From an uncultured Gammaproteobacteria bacterium (GTDB lineage: Bacteria; Patescibacteriota; Patescibacteriia; Patescibacteriales; UBA12465), in NCBI GenBank assembly GCA_964639785.1, contig CAZXEE010000001.1:115832-179831 (forward strand): a stretch of DNA of 64,000 nucleotides. Direction: 5' to 3'. The position numbers were made by a program, and so were the translations under genes. Below, one piece after another: positions 29,799 through 38,205 of this stretch. The notes under the pieces are model-generated. The model saw only the letters and a program-made list of their open reading frames with translations, did not search any database and had not been told where the DNA came from. Numbering within the stretch: position 1 is the stretch's first letter; every line of letters begins with the position of its first letter.

Positions 29799-31049
29799 TT
29801 AGAAGAAAGGGTTTTTCCAGCTAGCACTGTCGTAATCATAATCTTTCCGATCGTAAAGTACTTTGTATTTTCGATACTCGGCATTGCCGGCGTCGTATTG
29901 CTTCTTGAAATCTTTTCTTCTTTCTGCGCATGAACGGCAACTTCCTAACAAATGATTTCGGATTTTTTTAGTGCTAAGATTATACTTTGTACCTGACGAG
30001 CACACCGGATTTTCAAAATGCCATAATTCGTTATAACTTTTAGTGGCCGCGATTAGAATAACAAAGCCGTTTTCACCCATACAATCTTGTAGTCTCAGTT
30101 GGGATAAGGCAGATCCGGTCCAATCTTTTTCAAAAGCTTGGATATCAACAGCGGCTCCAGAAAAATGGGATCCAGTAGCCTTGGAATTAGGGCAGCTAGC
30201 ATTACAGCCGGTAGCAGTATAGTTAGGAGCGCATTTGCCATCGGAAATGAAATAAGGCTTGCAGTTAGCTTTGCCGTTGAATATGCTTAATTGTTGAGCA
30301 TAAGTCCTGAGGCCGTCGTTAACTACAATAAGATATTTATTAGGCCATTTTCTATCCATGCAATTGAAAACTGCTTCTAATTTGTCAGCCGTTTCACCGC
30401 AGAGCTGTTTGCCATTGGTAGTGACATTCTTGTGGGCGGCAATTTTTTTTATTCCGTTAGTACAGCTGCCGGAGGCAGTTAGAGTAACGCCATTGATTGT
30501 TAATTCTTCAATCGGTACCATCGGTACTGGTTCTTCGTTGACTATGCTTAACTCAATCGGTTTTAATCCGACCAGATTCGGATTTATTTCGTTTAATAGG
30601 ATGTAGGAGGTGAACATTATCAGCATGCCGGTTAGGGCTCCTGTAATCCAAGATTTTGCTTCTGATATTCTGGTAGCATTGCCCAGTGATGTCAGATAGA
30701 TAACGCCGCCGATCATAAGGGCTAGAGCTGCCAGGATGCCAACAATACCGATAGCATAATTATAGATAGCCTTGATATAGATTGCTATCCAAGGCAGGCT
30801 ACAGGAAGTCTTGTCTCCTTCGGTGGTGCAGGTGGCTGGGGTATCTGAGGCCAGCTTGTTTAGTCCTGGAAATTTTATTTGCAGGTTCAATATCGGATCT
30901 AATACTATGAATGGTTTTCTGGGGGTAGTGGTAGCCGTAGTTGAGGCGGTGGTTGATTGGGCTTTAGTGATGGTTGGAATAAATAGTAGCATCATCAAGA
31001 ATAAAGACACCAATAAAAGCCGGCTTATTTTTATTCGGATATTATCCAT
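29799..31049 (-). CDS. VirB2/T4SS-pilin-like membrane anchor fused to an M15 (VanY/LAS-type) peptidoglycan peptidase domain
   Basis: After a signal peptide comes the anchor module WIAIYIKAIYNYAIGIVGILAALALMIGGVIYL..EAKSWITGALTGMLIMF. The C-terminal part has HFSGAAVD (HxxGxAxD) and ELWH (ExxH) zinc-peptidase motifs and many Cys. Confidence 0.65.
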   Translation of the reverse strand: MDNIRIKISRLLLVSLFLMMLLFIPTITKAQSTTASTTATTTPRKPFIVLDPILNLQIKFPGLNKLASDTPATCTTEGDKTSCSLPWIAIYIKAIYNYAIGIVGILAALALMIGGVIYLTSLGNATRISEAKSWITGALTGMLIMFTSYILLNEINPNLVGLKPIELSIVNEEPVPMVPIEELTINGVTLTASGSCTNGIKKIAAHKNVTTNGKQLCGETADKLEAVFNCMDRKWPNKYLIVVNDGLRTYAQQLSIFNGKANCKPYFISDGKCAPNYTATGCNASCPNSKATGSHFSGAAVDIQAFEKDWTGSALSQLRLQDCMGENGFVILIAATKSYNELWHFENPVCSSGTKYNLSTKKIRNHLLGSCRSCAERRKDFKKQYDAGNAEYRKYKVLYDRKDYDYDSASWKNPFF

Positions 31050-31054
31050 ATAAA

Positions 31055-31990
31055 TTATAATTGATACTTCTTGATATTCTCATTTGCTAACTTCTGGATA
31101 TGTTCCAAGTCGTATTGGTATTTTCCATTAGTGAAGAGATGCTTGAATCGGCCTTGGGCTTGCAGATATTCCTCAACTTTCGGTGTTGGCTTTGAAACGT
31201 TCGATCTATTAGTCAAAACTCCGTTCTCGTATTCCAGTAGAGGGTAGAGCCCGGTGTTGACTGCTAATTTGCCCATTTTGACGGCTTGATTCAGACCTAT
31301 CTTCCAGCCGGGAACGCAAGGGGAAAGGATTTGGATATAGGCTGGGCCGTCGAATGACAAAGCCTTTTTAACTTTGTTGGTAATATCATCCGGGAAGCCG
31401 GCTGTGCTTTGCGCAACGTATTTTACTCCATGGGCTAGGGCGATAGCGATCATGTCCTTTTTCATCTGTTTGGAGCCGGGAAGTAGCGGACAACTAACGT
31501 TAGCCTCAGCGCAATCGCTATTAGGAGAGGTAGTCGTACTAGCGCCATATGGCGTAGCTCCGGAAGCTTGGATGCCGGTGTTAGAATAGGCTTCGGTATC
31601 GTAGCAGATATAGAGGATATTATCACCTCGTTCCCACATGCCGCTCACTAGTCCGATGCCGATATCAAAAGTGCCGCCATCGCCTCCTTGGGCAATGACT
31701 TTAATATTCTTTTTACCTTGTTTGTTTAAGGCGGCTCGGATACCTGAAGCGACTGCGCTGGAATTCTCAAATAGAGAATGGATCCAAGGTAAGCCCCAAG
31801 AGCTGGTCGGATAGGCGGTAGTGGTAACTTCCAGGCAGCCGGTAGCATTAGTTAGGATAGTGTCTTTATCTAAGGCTCGCATGACCGCCCGAACAGCTAT
31901 TAATTGGCCGCAACCGGCACAGGCATTGTGTCCCGGGCAGATATTTTCTATTTTTTTATTTTCCATGTTGTTTTGTTTATTTACATACAT
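31055..31990 (-). CDS. porB: 2-oxoacid (pyruvate):ferredoxin oxidoreductase, beta subunit (TPP-binding)
   Basis: It has the CPGHxACAGCG motif and the GDGG TPP-binding motif. The start is either 31990 (10-nt overlap with the upstream gene) or 31966. Confidence 0.88.
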   Translation of the reverse strand: MYVNKQNNMENKKIENICPGHNACAGCGQLIAVRAVMRALDKDTILTNATGCLEVTTTAYPTSSWGLPWIHSLFENSSAVASGIRAALNKQGKKNIKVIAQGGDGGTFDIGIGLVSGMWERGDNILYICYDTEAYSNTGIQASGATPYGASTTTSPNSDCAEANVSCPLLPGSKQMKKDMIAIALAHGVKYVAQSTAGFPDDITNKVKKALSFDGPAYIQILSPCVPGWKIGLNQAVKMGKLAVNTGLYPLLEYENGVLTNRSNVSKPTPKVEEYLQAQGRFKHLFTNGKYQYDLEHIQKLANENIKKYQL

Positions 31991-33372
31991 TCTAGATCGT
32001 AACTTGCAGGATTGAATTTATCGGTTGGGAAGCACCATTCATCACCATCAAGGCAGCATCCAGAGGCACATTCGCTATTGTAATCACAAGCTTCTCCAGT
32101 GTTTAGTTTCCCATTGATTGTTGCTGGTTTTCCCCAACACATAGTTATGTCTGGGTCTGGGTCGTTAAAATTATTACAATCACCATTACTTACGTTTCCA
32201 CATAGTCCATCGCTTCCAGCGCATTCAAAGTCCTTTCTATTGTTATAACAAACCTCTCCAGAGCTTAAGCATTTTTTACAAAGGCCGCTGACACAATATC
32301 CGCTTCCCAGTGGCTTACCTGAATCGAACTTGCAAGGAGTTCCCTCGCTCTCCCCTTTGCACTGGTCTTTTAAAGGGTCGTTATCACTGAAAGTAGCAGT
32401 ACACTTTCCTGGAGAAAGCGTGGCGGTGGCATCATCTTGATAATAGTATAATACGCCCCCTAAAGTTTTGGTAACGGTTTTTTTGAATTCTTGGCATTTA
32501 GCCTCTGCTTTTGGTCTGTCATTTGATTGGATGTTTCCAAAACTCTTACTGTCCTTACCGTGGTCACCAGTTTTTTTGTCAATTAATTCTCCGATAACGT
32601 TACAGCACCAGTAGACGCCGGAATCATCAATATTAATGACATCTGAACCGCTAACTTGGGCATCTAATCCATAAGCCGTTGCTGAACAGCAGCATTGAGG
32701 TTGTTTGTTGACTTTTTTATTATCAGCTGTCCCCTCGTCCTTTAATTGGTCACTAGTCGGGCTAGGGGTGCTGGTGCAATATGTTCCTCCGTTAACAGCA
32801 ACTTCTTTGTTTGCGCAACCGCTTACCGGAGTGTTTAATGTAGTGCCGCCTGAGTTGATAATGCTAGTATAGGATATTTTCCAAGTGCAATTTTCATAAA
32901 TTAGAGGCAGGGCTATTTCTTTGATGTTCTCTACTGGCGCAACCTTTAGGTCTACTAAGGCTGGATTAATGGTCCGTAGCAAGATAACGGCAGTTACAAC
33001 TAACACCATACCGGTCAAGCTGCTAGTGATGAATGATTTAGCTTGTTCTATCTTAGAACTTGATCCAGCGGCAGTTAACCATATTATTCCGCCTATCATC
33101 AGCATCATGGCGGCCACGATTCCGACTATTCCGACCCCGTAGTTATAGATAGCGCTGATATAGCGAGCGATCGGTCCGGTGCTGTATTCCAAAGTAGAAG
33201 AAACCTTCGCAGTAAATGATGATCCCGGAATCGAAACTTGAGGGGTAAATATTACCGGATCTTCGTTTAAAGCCTTGGCGCTATTGGAAAAAGACAGCAG
33301 ACCGATGACGGTTAATAGCATCATTAGTAATACTGAACCAGTCTTTTTGCTTTTTAATTTAAAATTGTTCAT
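31981..33372 (-). CDS. VirB2/T4SS-pilin-like membrane anchor fused to a cysteine-rich ectodomain (paralog B)
   Basis: It has a signal peptide and the anchor module ARYISAIYNYGVGIVGIVAAMMLMIGGIIWLTAAGSSSKIEQAKS..LTGMVLVVTAVILL. The tail is about 310 aa with 26 Cys by my count, including CCC and CC doublets. Confidence 0.65.
   Translation of the reverse strand: MNNFKLKSKKTGSVLLMMLLTVIGLLSFSNSAKALNEDPVIFTPQVSIPGSSFTAKVSSTLEYSTGPIARYISAIYNYGVGIVGIVAAMMLMIGGIIWLTAAGSSSKIEQAKSFITSSLTGMVLVVTAVILLRTINPALVDLKVAPVENIKEIALPLIYENCTWKISYTSIINSGGTTLNTPVSGCANKEVAVNGGTYCTSTPSPTSDQLKDEGTADNKKVNKQPQCCCSATAYGLDAQVSGSDVINIDDSGVYWCCNVIGELIDKKTGDHGKDSKSFGNIQSNDRPKAEAKCQEFKKTVTKTLGGVLYYYQDDATATLSPGKCTATFSDNDPLKDQCKGESEGTPCKFDSGKPLGSGYCVSGLCKKCLSSGEVCYNNRKDFECAGSDGLCGNVSNGDCNNFNDPDPDITMCWGKPATINGKLNTGEACDYNSECASGCCLDGDEWCFPTDKFNPASYDLECM
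33035..33250 (-). repeat. Copy 1 of a 216-nt near-identical segment shared by the two Cys-rich paralogs
   Basis: It aligns base-for-base with 34210-34425 with only scattered substitutions. It encodes the anchor module. Confidence 0.9.
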
Positions 33373-33407
33373 AGTTTTTAAATATCCTATTAGTATTTGT
33401 TTGAATA

Positions 33408-34544
33408 TTATTGTATGCAGCTATCTGGACTGCCGCCTTGTCCACTACCGCTACCGCCTTTTTGTTGTCCTGGCATACAATATCTACTGCCGGAACTAGC
33501 GCAACAAAGACCTGTACAGCAACTGTCATAAGTACAGCCCCTTCCTACTCTGTTTTCGCAGCCATCTACATTTTCTTTGACTTCTCCATAGCAATAGCCT
33601 TTGCCATTTATTTGGACACATTCAGCATCATCGGCGATTAAGTCTCCGTCTTCTTTTGATAATCCACAGAATGGAGCATTCATGCCAAGACATTGATAAT
33701 CATAGGTGCAATTAACCCCCCATTGAGCCGCCCGTATACAAGGTAGGCATTTTCCATTGTAACAATAACCTGTACCGCTAGTTGATGTTATGGAGGTCCG
33801 GCATTCTAAGCCGTTAGTTTTTCCGGCGCACGAAGCGTTCATATTGTTGCTATCCGTAGCGCTTTGTCCGCAGCAAGAAATATCTTTATTTTGGTTTAAG
33901 CATTCAACTTTTCTACTTAGATATTCTTGCTTGCCAAGTTTTTCTTCACAGAGAGCGGTATCGACTAGAATTGGTGCTTCTGTTACGGAACAAGAAGCGA
34001 CATCGCCCCACCCGGAACAGATTGTTCCGATTTTTGCATCTTTTGGCAATTGCGACATGTCAGTGATCATATAAGTCCTTCCTACCGGTCTTTCGGCTAT
34101 ATTTTCAACTTGAGTGGTCTTCAGATCCACCAAGGCCGGATTGACGGTCCGTAGCAAGATAACGGCGGTCATAACTAATACCATGCCGACTAAGCTGCTG
34201 CCGATAATAGATTTAGCTTGTTCTATCTTAGAACTTGATCCAGCGGCAGTTAACCATATTATTCCGCCTATCATCAGCATCATGGCGGCTACGATTCCGA
34301 CTATCCCGACGCCGTAGTTATAAAAAGCGCTGATATAGCGAGCGATCGGTCCGGTGCTGTATTCCAGAGTAGAAGAAACCTTAGCAGTGAATGACGATCC
34401 TGGAATCGAGACTTGAGGGGTAAATTTGATAGGTTCTTCATTCAAGGCTTCAGCTCCGTTTATACATGAAAATACGCCAGTAATAGTTAAAGCTAATACT
34501 GCCAATATCAAAATATTTTTATTTTTTTGATAAAGGTTTTTCAT
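33408..34544 (-). CDS. VirB2/T4SS-pilin-like membrane anchor fused to a cysteine-rich ectodomain (paralog A)
   Basis: It has the same anchor module as paralog B. The tail is about 230 aa with 24 Cys by my count (GYCYNGKCLPC, CTYDSCCTGLCC). Confidence 0.65.
   Translation of the reverse strand: MKNLYQKNKNILILAVLALTITGVFSCINGAEALNEEPIKFTPQVSIPGSSFTAKVSSTLEYSTGPIARYISAFYNYGVGIVGIVAAMMLMIGGIIWLTAAGSSSKIEQAKSIIGSSLVGMVLVMTAVILLRTVNPALVDLKTTQVENIAERPVGRTYMITDMSQLPKDAKIGTICSGWGDVASCSVTEAPILVDTALCEEKLGKQEYLSRKVECLNQNKDISCCGQSATDSNNMNASCAGKTNGLECRTSITSTSGTGYCYNGKCLPCIRAAQWGVNCTYDYQCLGMNAPFCGLSKEDGDLIADDAECVQINGKGYCYGEVKENVDGCENRVGRGCTYDSCCTGLCCASSGSRYCMPGQQKGGSGSGQGGSPDSCIQ
34210..34425 (-). repeat. 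Copy 2 of the 216-nt near-identical segment
   Basis: See 33035-33250. Confidence 0.9.
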
Positions 34545-34550
34545 TTCATT

Positions 34551-34709
34551 TTAAATATTCCAATTAAGGATGATCAGTAAGAGTATCTGGATGGCGAAGA
34601 TGACGATGAATAGGATAACAAAAAATTCCGGCCATCCTTTCAGGATAATCGGCTTGTTTTGGTTCTTTAATTCTTTTCTTTTTTTAAGCTTGAAATGAAT
34701 CTTATTCAT
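34551..34709 (-). CDS. Possible 52-aa single-TM micro-protein between porA and the Cys-rich genes (below the ORF-track cutoff)
   Basis: I translated it by hand as MNKIHFKLKKRKELKNQNKPIILKGWPEFFVILFIVIFAIQILLLIILNWNI. It lies 4 nt after the porA stop and 6 nt before the next start. Confidence 0.4.
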   Translation of the reverse strand: MNKIHFKLKKRKELKNQNKPIILKGWPEFFVILFIVIFAIQILLLIILNWNI

Positions 34710-34713
34710 ATTT

Positions 34714-35901
34714 TTAATTATTTATGAATTTAGCTTTTGAGTTCTTAGATGCTTTTATTATATCATTTATAATCTTTTTTATCACCTGCTTGGTGATATC
34801 CCGTCCGCCTAATCCGACGATATAATCCTGGACAATGGCTTTAGATTTTTGGTCGGCTACCAACGATTTAATCTCTAAGCTCAAGGGTCCTTCTTGACCC
34901 AGGCTTAAAGCCTTCTCAATGACAGCGATCTTCTGGCTGCGGGAGATGATTTTGGCAATCGCTTCTTTTGGGAAAGGGCGATAAGTCTTGATTTTCAGGA
35001 TACCGATCTTTTTCTCCAGCTTATTTTCTCGCACGACGGTGCGGATAGTTCCTAAAACCGAACCCATAGCTATCAGCATAGCCTGGGGTTTGGCTGGCCC
35101 TTCGTATCCTATCAATCCATTATTTTCAGTTTGGTTGCGGCGTTCGCCGGTTTCGAACATTTTTTGGTAATTGGAATATTCCTGGTTGATGATCTTTTGG
35201 CTGGATACCAGGTCCTCATGCAGTTCTTGGCGGATTTCCATATAATCACTAGGGGAAGCGAAGGCCCCGATAGTGACCGGATTATTCGGGTCTAGATAGG
35301 TGCCGCTGGCTGGTTGGTATTTTCCGAGATATTTCTGGATAGCTTTTTTATCCGGAATCCAGACGGGTTCATAGGAATGGGTAATGACGTAGCCGTCGAC
35401 ATTGACCATGACCGGTAATTTGGTGGCTTCAGCTATCTTGTAAGCCATGATGTGTTGGTTAATAGCTTCTTGGTGGTCTTCGGCAAAAAGTAAGATCCAA
35501 CCGCTGTCCCGGATAGTCATGACGTCTTGCTGGTCGTTCCAGATATTGATTGGAGCTGATACAGCCCGGTTGGCGCAGGTCATGACTAATGGCAACCTTA
35601 ATCCGGCAATATTGAAAATAACTTCAGTCATCAGCAATAATCCTTGGGAGCTGGTAGCGCTATAGACTCGAGAACCGGTGGCACTGGCGCCTAAAATTAT
35701 CGAGGCGGCAGCGAATTCGCTTTCAGCTCGGACATATTCATAATCCGCTTCGCCGTCAGCTTTGAATTTGGCCAAGTCTTCGACGATATGGGTTTGAGGA
35801 GTGATGGGGTAGGCGGAGATGACATCCGGAGCGATGTTCTTGATCGTCAGGGCAATGGCATGGGAGCCTTCGATTATTTGGAGCGATTTTGGCTTAGTCA
35901 T
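34714..35901 (-). CDS. porA: 2-oxoacid (pyruvate):ferredoxin oxidoreductase, alpha subunit
   Basis: 395 aa. The N-terminus EGSHAIA..AYPITPQT is typical of POR/KOR alpha subunits. Confidence 0.88.
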   Translation of the reverse strand: MTKPKSLQIIEGSHAIALTIKNIAPDVISAYPITPQTHIVEDLAKFKADGEADYEYVRAESEFAAASIILGASATGSRVYSATSSQGLLLMTEVIFNIAGLRLPLVMTCANRAVSAPINIWNDQQDVMTIRDSGWILLFAEDHQEAINQHIMAYKIAEATKLPVMVNVDGYVITHSYEPVWIPDKKAIQKYLGKYQPASGTYLDPNNPVTIGAFASPSDYMEIRQELHEDLVSSQKIINQEYSNYQKMFETGERRNQTENNGLIGYEGPAKPQAMLIAMGSVLGTIRTVVRENKLEKKIGILKIKTYRPFPKEAIAKIISRSQKIAVIEKALSLGQEGPLSLEIKSLVADQKSKAIVQDYIVGLGGRDITKQVIKKIINDIIKASKNSKAKFINN

Positions 35902-35912
35902 ATATTATATTT

Positions 35913-36176
35913 TTATTTTTCTTCAGGCTTCATGATTATGGCTTTGACTGGACATTCCGAAGCGCAGAGGCCGCAGCCTTTGCAATAGTCATAATCAATC
36001 TTGGCTTTTGCCTGGCCGTTTGCTTTAATCATTTCAATAGTTCCTTCTGGACAAACTTTGGTGCAAATAGCGCAGCCGATACAAACCTTGGTATCGATTT
36101 CCGGTCGGAAAGTCCGCCAAGATCCGGTCTTGTTGCGGCGGGAAGTATTCGGTTGGACGATTAGATTCTTTTTCAT
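35913..36176 (-). CDS. porD: 2-oxoacid:ferredoxin oxidoreductase, delta subunit (2x[4Fe-4S] ferredoxin)
   Basis: It has two CxxCxxCxxxCP motifs (CIGCAICTKVCP, CKGCGLCASECP). Confidence 0.88.
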   Translation of the reverse strand: MKKNLIVQPNTSRRNKTGSWRTFRPEIDTKVCIGCAICTKVCPEGTIEMIKANGQAKAKIDYDYCKGCGLCASECPVKAIIMKPEEK

Positions 36177-36181
36177 AGTTG

Positions 36182-36760
36182 TTAGTTGATAGTGTTGTAA
36201 GCTTCATCGGCCGCAGCTTGGTTTTTGGTAATGATGTCTTGGCCCTTACTGGCAAATTTGTCAGCGATAGCCAGGTTGAGAGATTTTAAGCTGATATGGC
36301 CGCTTAATTTGGAAAAAGCTCCCAATATGACGGTGTTCATTAGGTTTTTGCCGAATATCCGGAGCGCTATCTTGGTGGCATCGACAGTCTTGATGCGGGA
36401 AAGGCTTGGGATAAATTTTTGGATTTTCTGCTGTTTGATATGCTCCAGTATCTCAGCCGGACTTTTGCCGGTATTGATCATGATTGTAGTATTCTTGTTA
36501 GCTCCGAACAGGACGTCTACTGAAGCGAGCAAACTGGCATCCTGGATGATGATAAAATCCGGTTGGTAGATATGTTCACGGATAATTATCGGTTCTTGGT
36601 CTAAGCGGGCAAAAGCTTGGATTGGAGCGCCGCTTCTTTCAACACCAAAAGAAGGGAAAGCTTGGGAATAGAGGCCGCCCTGGAAGCCGGCGATAGCTAT
36701 TAGTTCGGCGGCAGTGACTACGCCTTGGCCGCCACGGCCATGGATGCGGATCTGGATCAT
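36182..36760 (-). CDS. porG: 2-oxoacid:ferredoxin oxidoreductase, gamma subunit
   Basis: The N-terminus IRIHGRGGQGVVTAAELIA is typical of POR gamma subunits. Confidence 0.88.
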   Translation of the reverse strand: MIQIRIHGRGGQGVVTAAELIAIAGFQGGLYSQAFPSFGVERSGAPIQAFARLDQEPIIIREHIYQPDFIIIQDASLLASVDVLFGANKNTTIMINTGKSPAEILEHIKQQKIQKFIPSLSRIKTVDATKIALRIFGKNLMNTVILGAFSKLSGHISLKSLNLAIADKFASKGQDIITKNQAAADEAYNTIN

Positions 36761-36761
36761 A

Positions 36762-37487
36762 TTATTTTTGTAAGATAGTTTCGATTATATTTATAAAATC
36801 AGTGCGATTGATGGCGCCCTCTAATTTATAGCCGTTAATCATGAAGCTCGGAGTCTTGGTGATGCCGATTGTATCGGCATCTTCCACGTCTTTTCTGATT
36901 TGGGATATATATTTTTTTGAGCTCAGGCAAGTATTGAAAGATTTGACGTCCAGTCCCAGCTGTTGGGCGATGACTGGTAAATCGGTTAAGGCTATCTGGT
37001 CTTGATTGGTGAATAATTTGTCATGCATGTTCCAGAATTTGCCTTGTTCTCCGGCACAACGAGCAGCCAGAGATAGGTCGAGGGAATTATCATGTCCCAG
37101 ATAATCCCGGTAGATGATTTTGACCTGATCTTTGTATTTTATGCCTAATTCTCTGATGATCGGGAATTCGTCCTTGCAATAAGGGCAGGCAAAATCGGAA
37201 AATTCGACAATAGTAATTTGAGGCGAGCTGGTTCCTAACCAGTAATTATCTTGGCCTTCAATCAGTAGCTTGTCAGCCTTAACCTTTTCGGCAGTATTGA
37301 TTGAGGTTTTTTGAGCGTTGATATCTTTGACGGTTTGGAAGATATAGATGCCGCTGGCTCCGATGAAGCTGACGAATAGGAAGAGGCAGAGCAGGAATAA
37401 TATCCCCCACCATTTTTTATACCATTTAGTCGGTTCAGGATTTTCTAATTGGCGCCGTAATTCGGCAATTCGATCTTGGAGTCCCAT
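36762..37487 (-). CDS. Membrane-anchored DsbA-like thiol:disulfide oxidoreductase
   Basis: It has an N-terminal TM anchor and a thioredoxin-fold active site, FSDFACPYCKDEF (CPYC). Its stop lies 1 nt from the porG start. Confidence 0.78.
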   Translation of the reverse strand: MGLQDRIAELRRQLENPEPTKWYKKWWGILFLLCLFLFVSFIGASGIYIFQTVKDINAQKTSINTAEKVKADKLLIEGQDNYWLGTSSPQITIVEFSDFACPYCKDEFPIIRELGIKYKDQVKIIYRDYLGHDNSLDLSLAARCAGEQGKFWNMHDKLFTNQDQIALTDLPVIAQQLGLDVKSFNTCLSSKKYISQIRKDVEDADTIGITKTPSFMINGYKLEGAINRTDFINIIETILQK

Positions 37488-37549
37488 TGCTAAAATAAGC
37501 TTATTAAATTATAATTTTATTGTATCATTTTCTGTTAAAAAATACTATT

Positions 37550-38137
37550 ATGAGGCGCTTCGCCTTGATTCTAACCTTATCTCTTTTTCTTCTCTTTCCG
37601 CGGCTTAGCCAAGCGGCTGATTTGGATGCTGATTCCGACGGTTTGAGCGATGCCTTGGAGGCTAAATTCAAGACAGACCAAACTAATCCTGATTCAGATG
37701 GCGATGGCTATCCTGATGGTTTAGAAATCAAGAACGGTTATGATCCTTTGTCTGGAGAAGGTCAGAAATTGAAGAAGCGGATTGAAGTCAATATCAAGAC
37801 CCAGAAGCTGCAGTATTTTTTGGGAGGGGTTAATATGGGGGAATACGTCGTTTCCACCGGCAAGAAAAGCACCCCGACTCCAAAGGGATCATTTGCGATC
37901 TTGAATAAAGCCCTCCGGCCTAAATCTAAAACTTATGGCTTGTACATGCCGTATTGGATGGGGTTGTCAGCGGCCGGAGTGGGAATCCACGAGTTACCGG
38001 AATGGGGTAAAGGGATTAAGGAAGGAGCCAGTCATTTAGGCCAGCCGGTTTCCCATGGCTGCATCCGTCTGGGCGTCGGTCCGGCCAAGAAGATTTATGA
38101 ATGGGCTGAGGTGGGAACGGAAGTAAAAGTTTATTAA
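37550..38137 (+). CDS. L,D-transpeptidase (YkuD domain) with N-terminal Ca-binding thrombospondin type 3-like repeats
   Basis: It has a signal peptide (..LSQA/AD), DADSDGLSD and DSDGDGYPD repeats, and the catalytic motif SHGCIRL. Confidence 0.85.
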   Translation: MRRFALILTLSLFLLFPRLSQAADLDADSDGLSDALEAKFKTDQTNPDSDGDGYPDGLEIKNGYDPLSGEGQKLKKRIEVNIKTQKLQYFLGGVNMGEYVVSTGKKSTPTPKGSFAILNKALRPKSKTYGLYMPYWMGLSAAGVGIHELPEWGKGIKEGASHLGQPVSHGCIRLGVGPAKKIYEWAEVGTEVKVY

Positions 38138-38151
38138 TTTTTGGTTGATAG

Positions 38152-38205
38152 AGAAACTTTATAAAGTTTCTACATTTTGACAAACTTTATAAAGTTTTGT
38201 AGAAT
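38152..38205 (+). promoter_or_regulatory. Promoter with twin palindromic operators upstream of the HTH-Fic gene
   Basis: A perfect 20-bp palindrome AGAAACTTTATAAAGTTTCT lies at 38152-38171, and a near-copy ACAAACTTTATAAAGTTTTGT at 38180-38200. TTGACA (38177-38182), a 17-nt spacer and TAGAAT (38200-38205) overlap the second operator. Confidence 0.6.
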
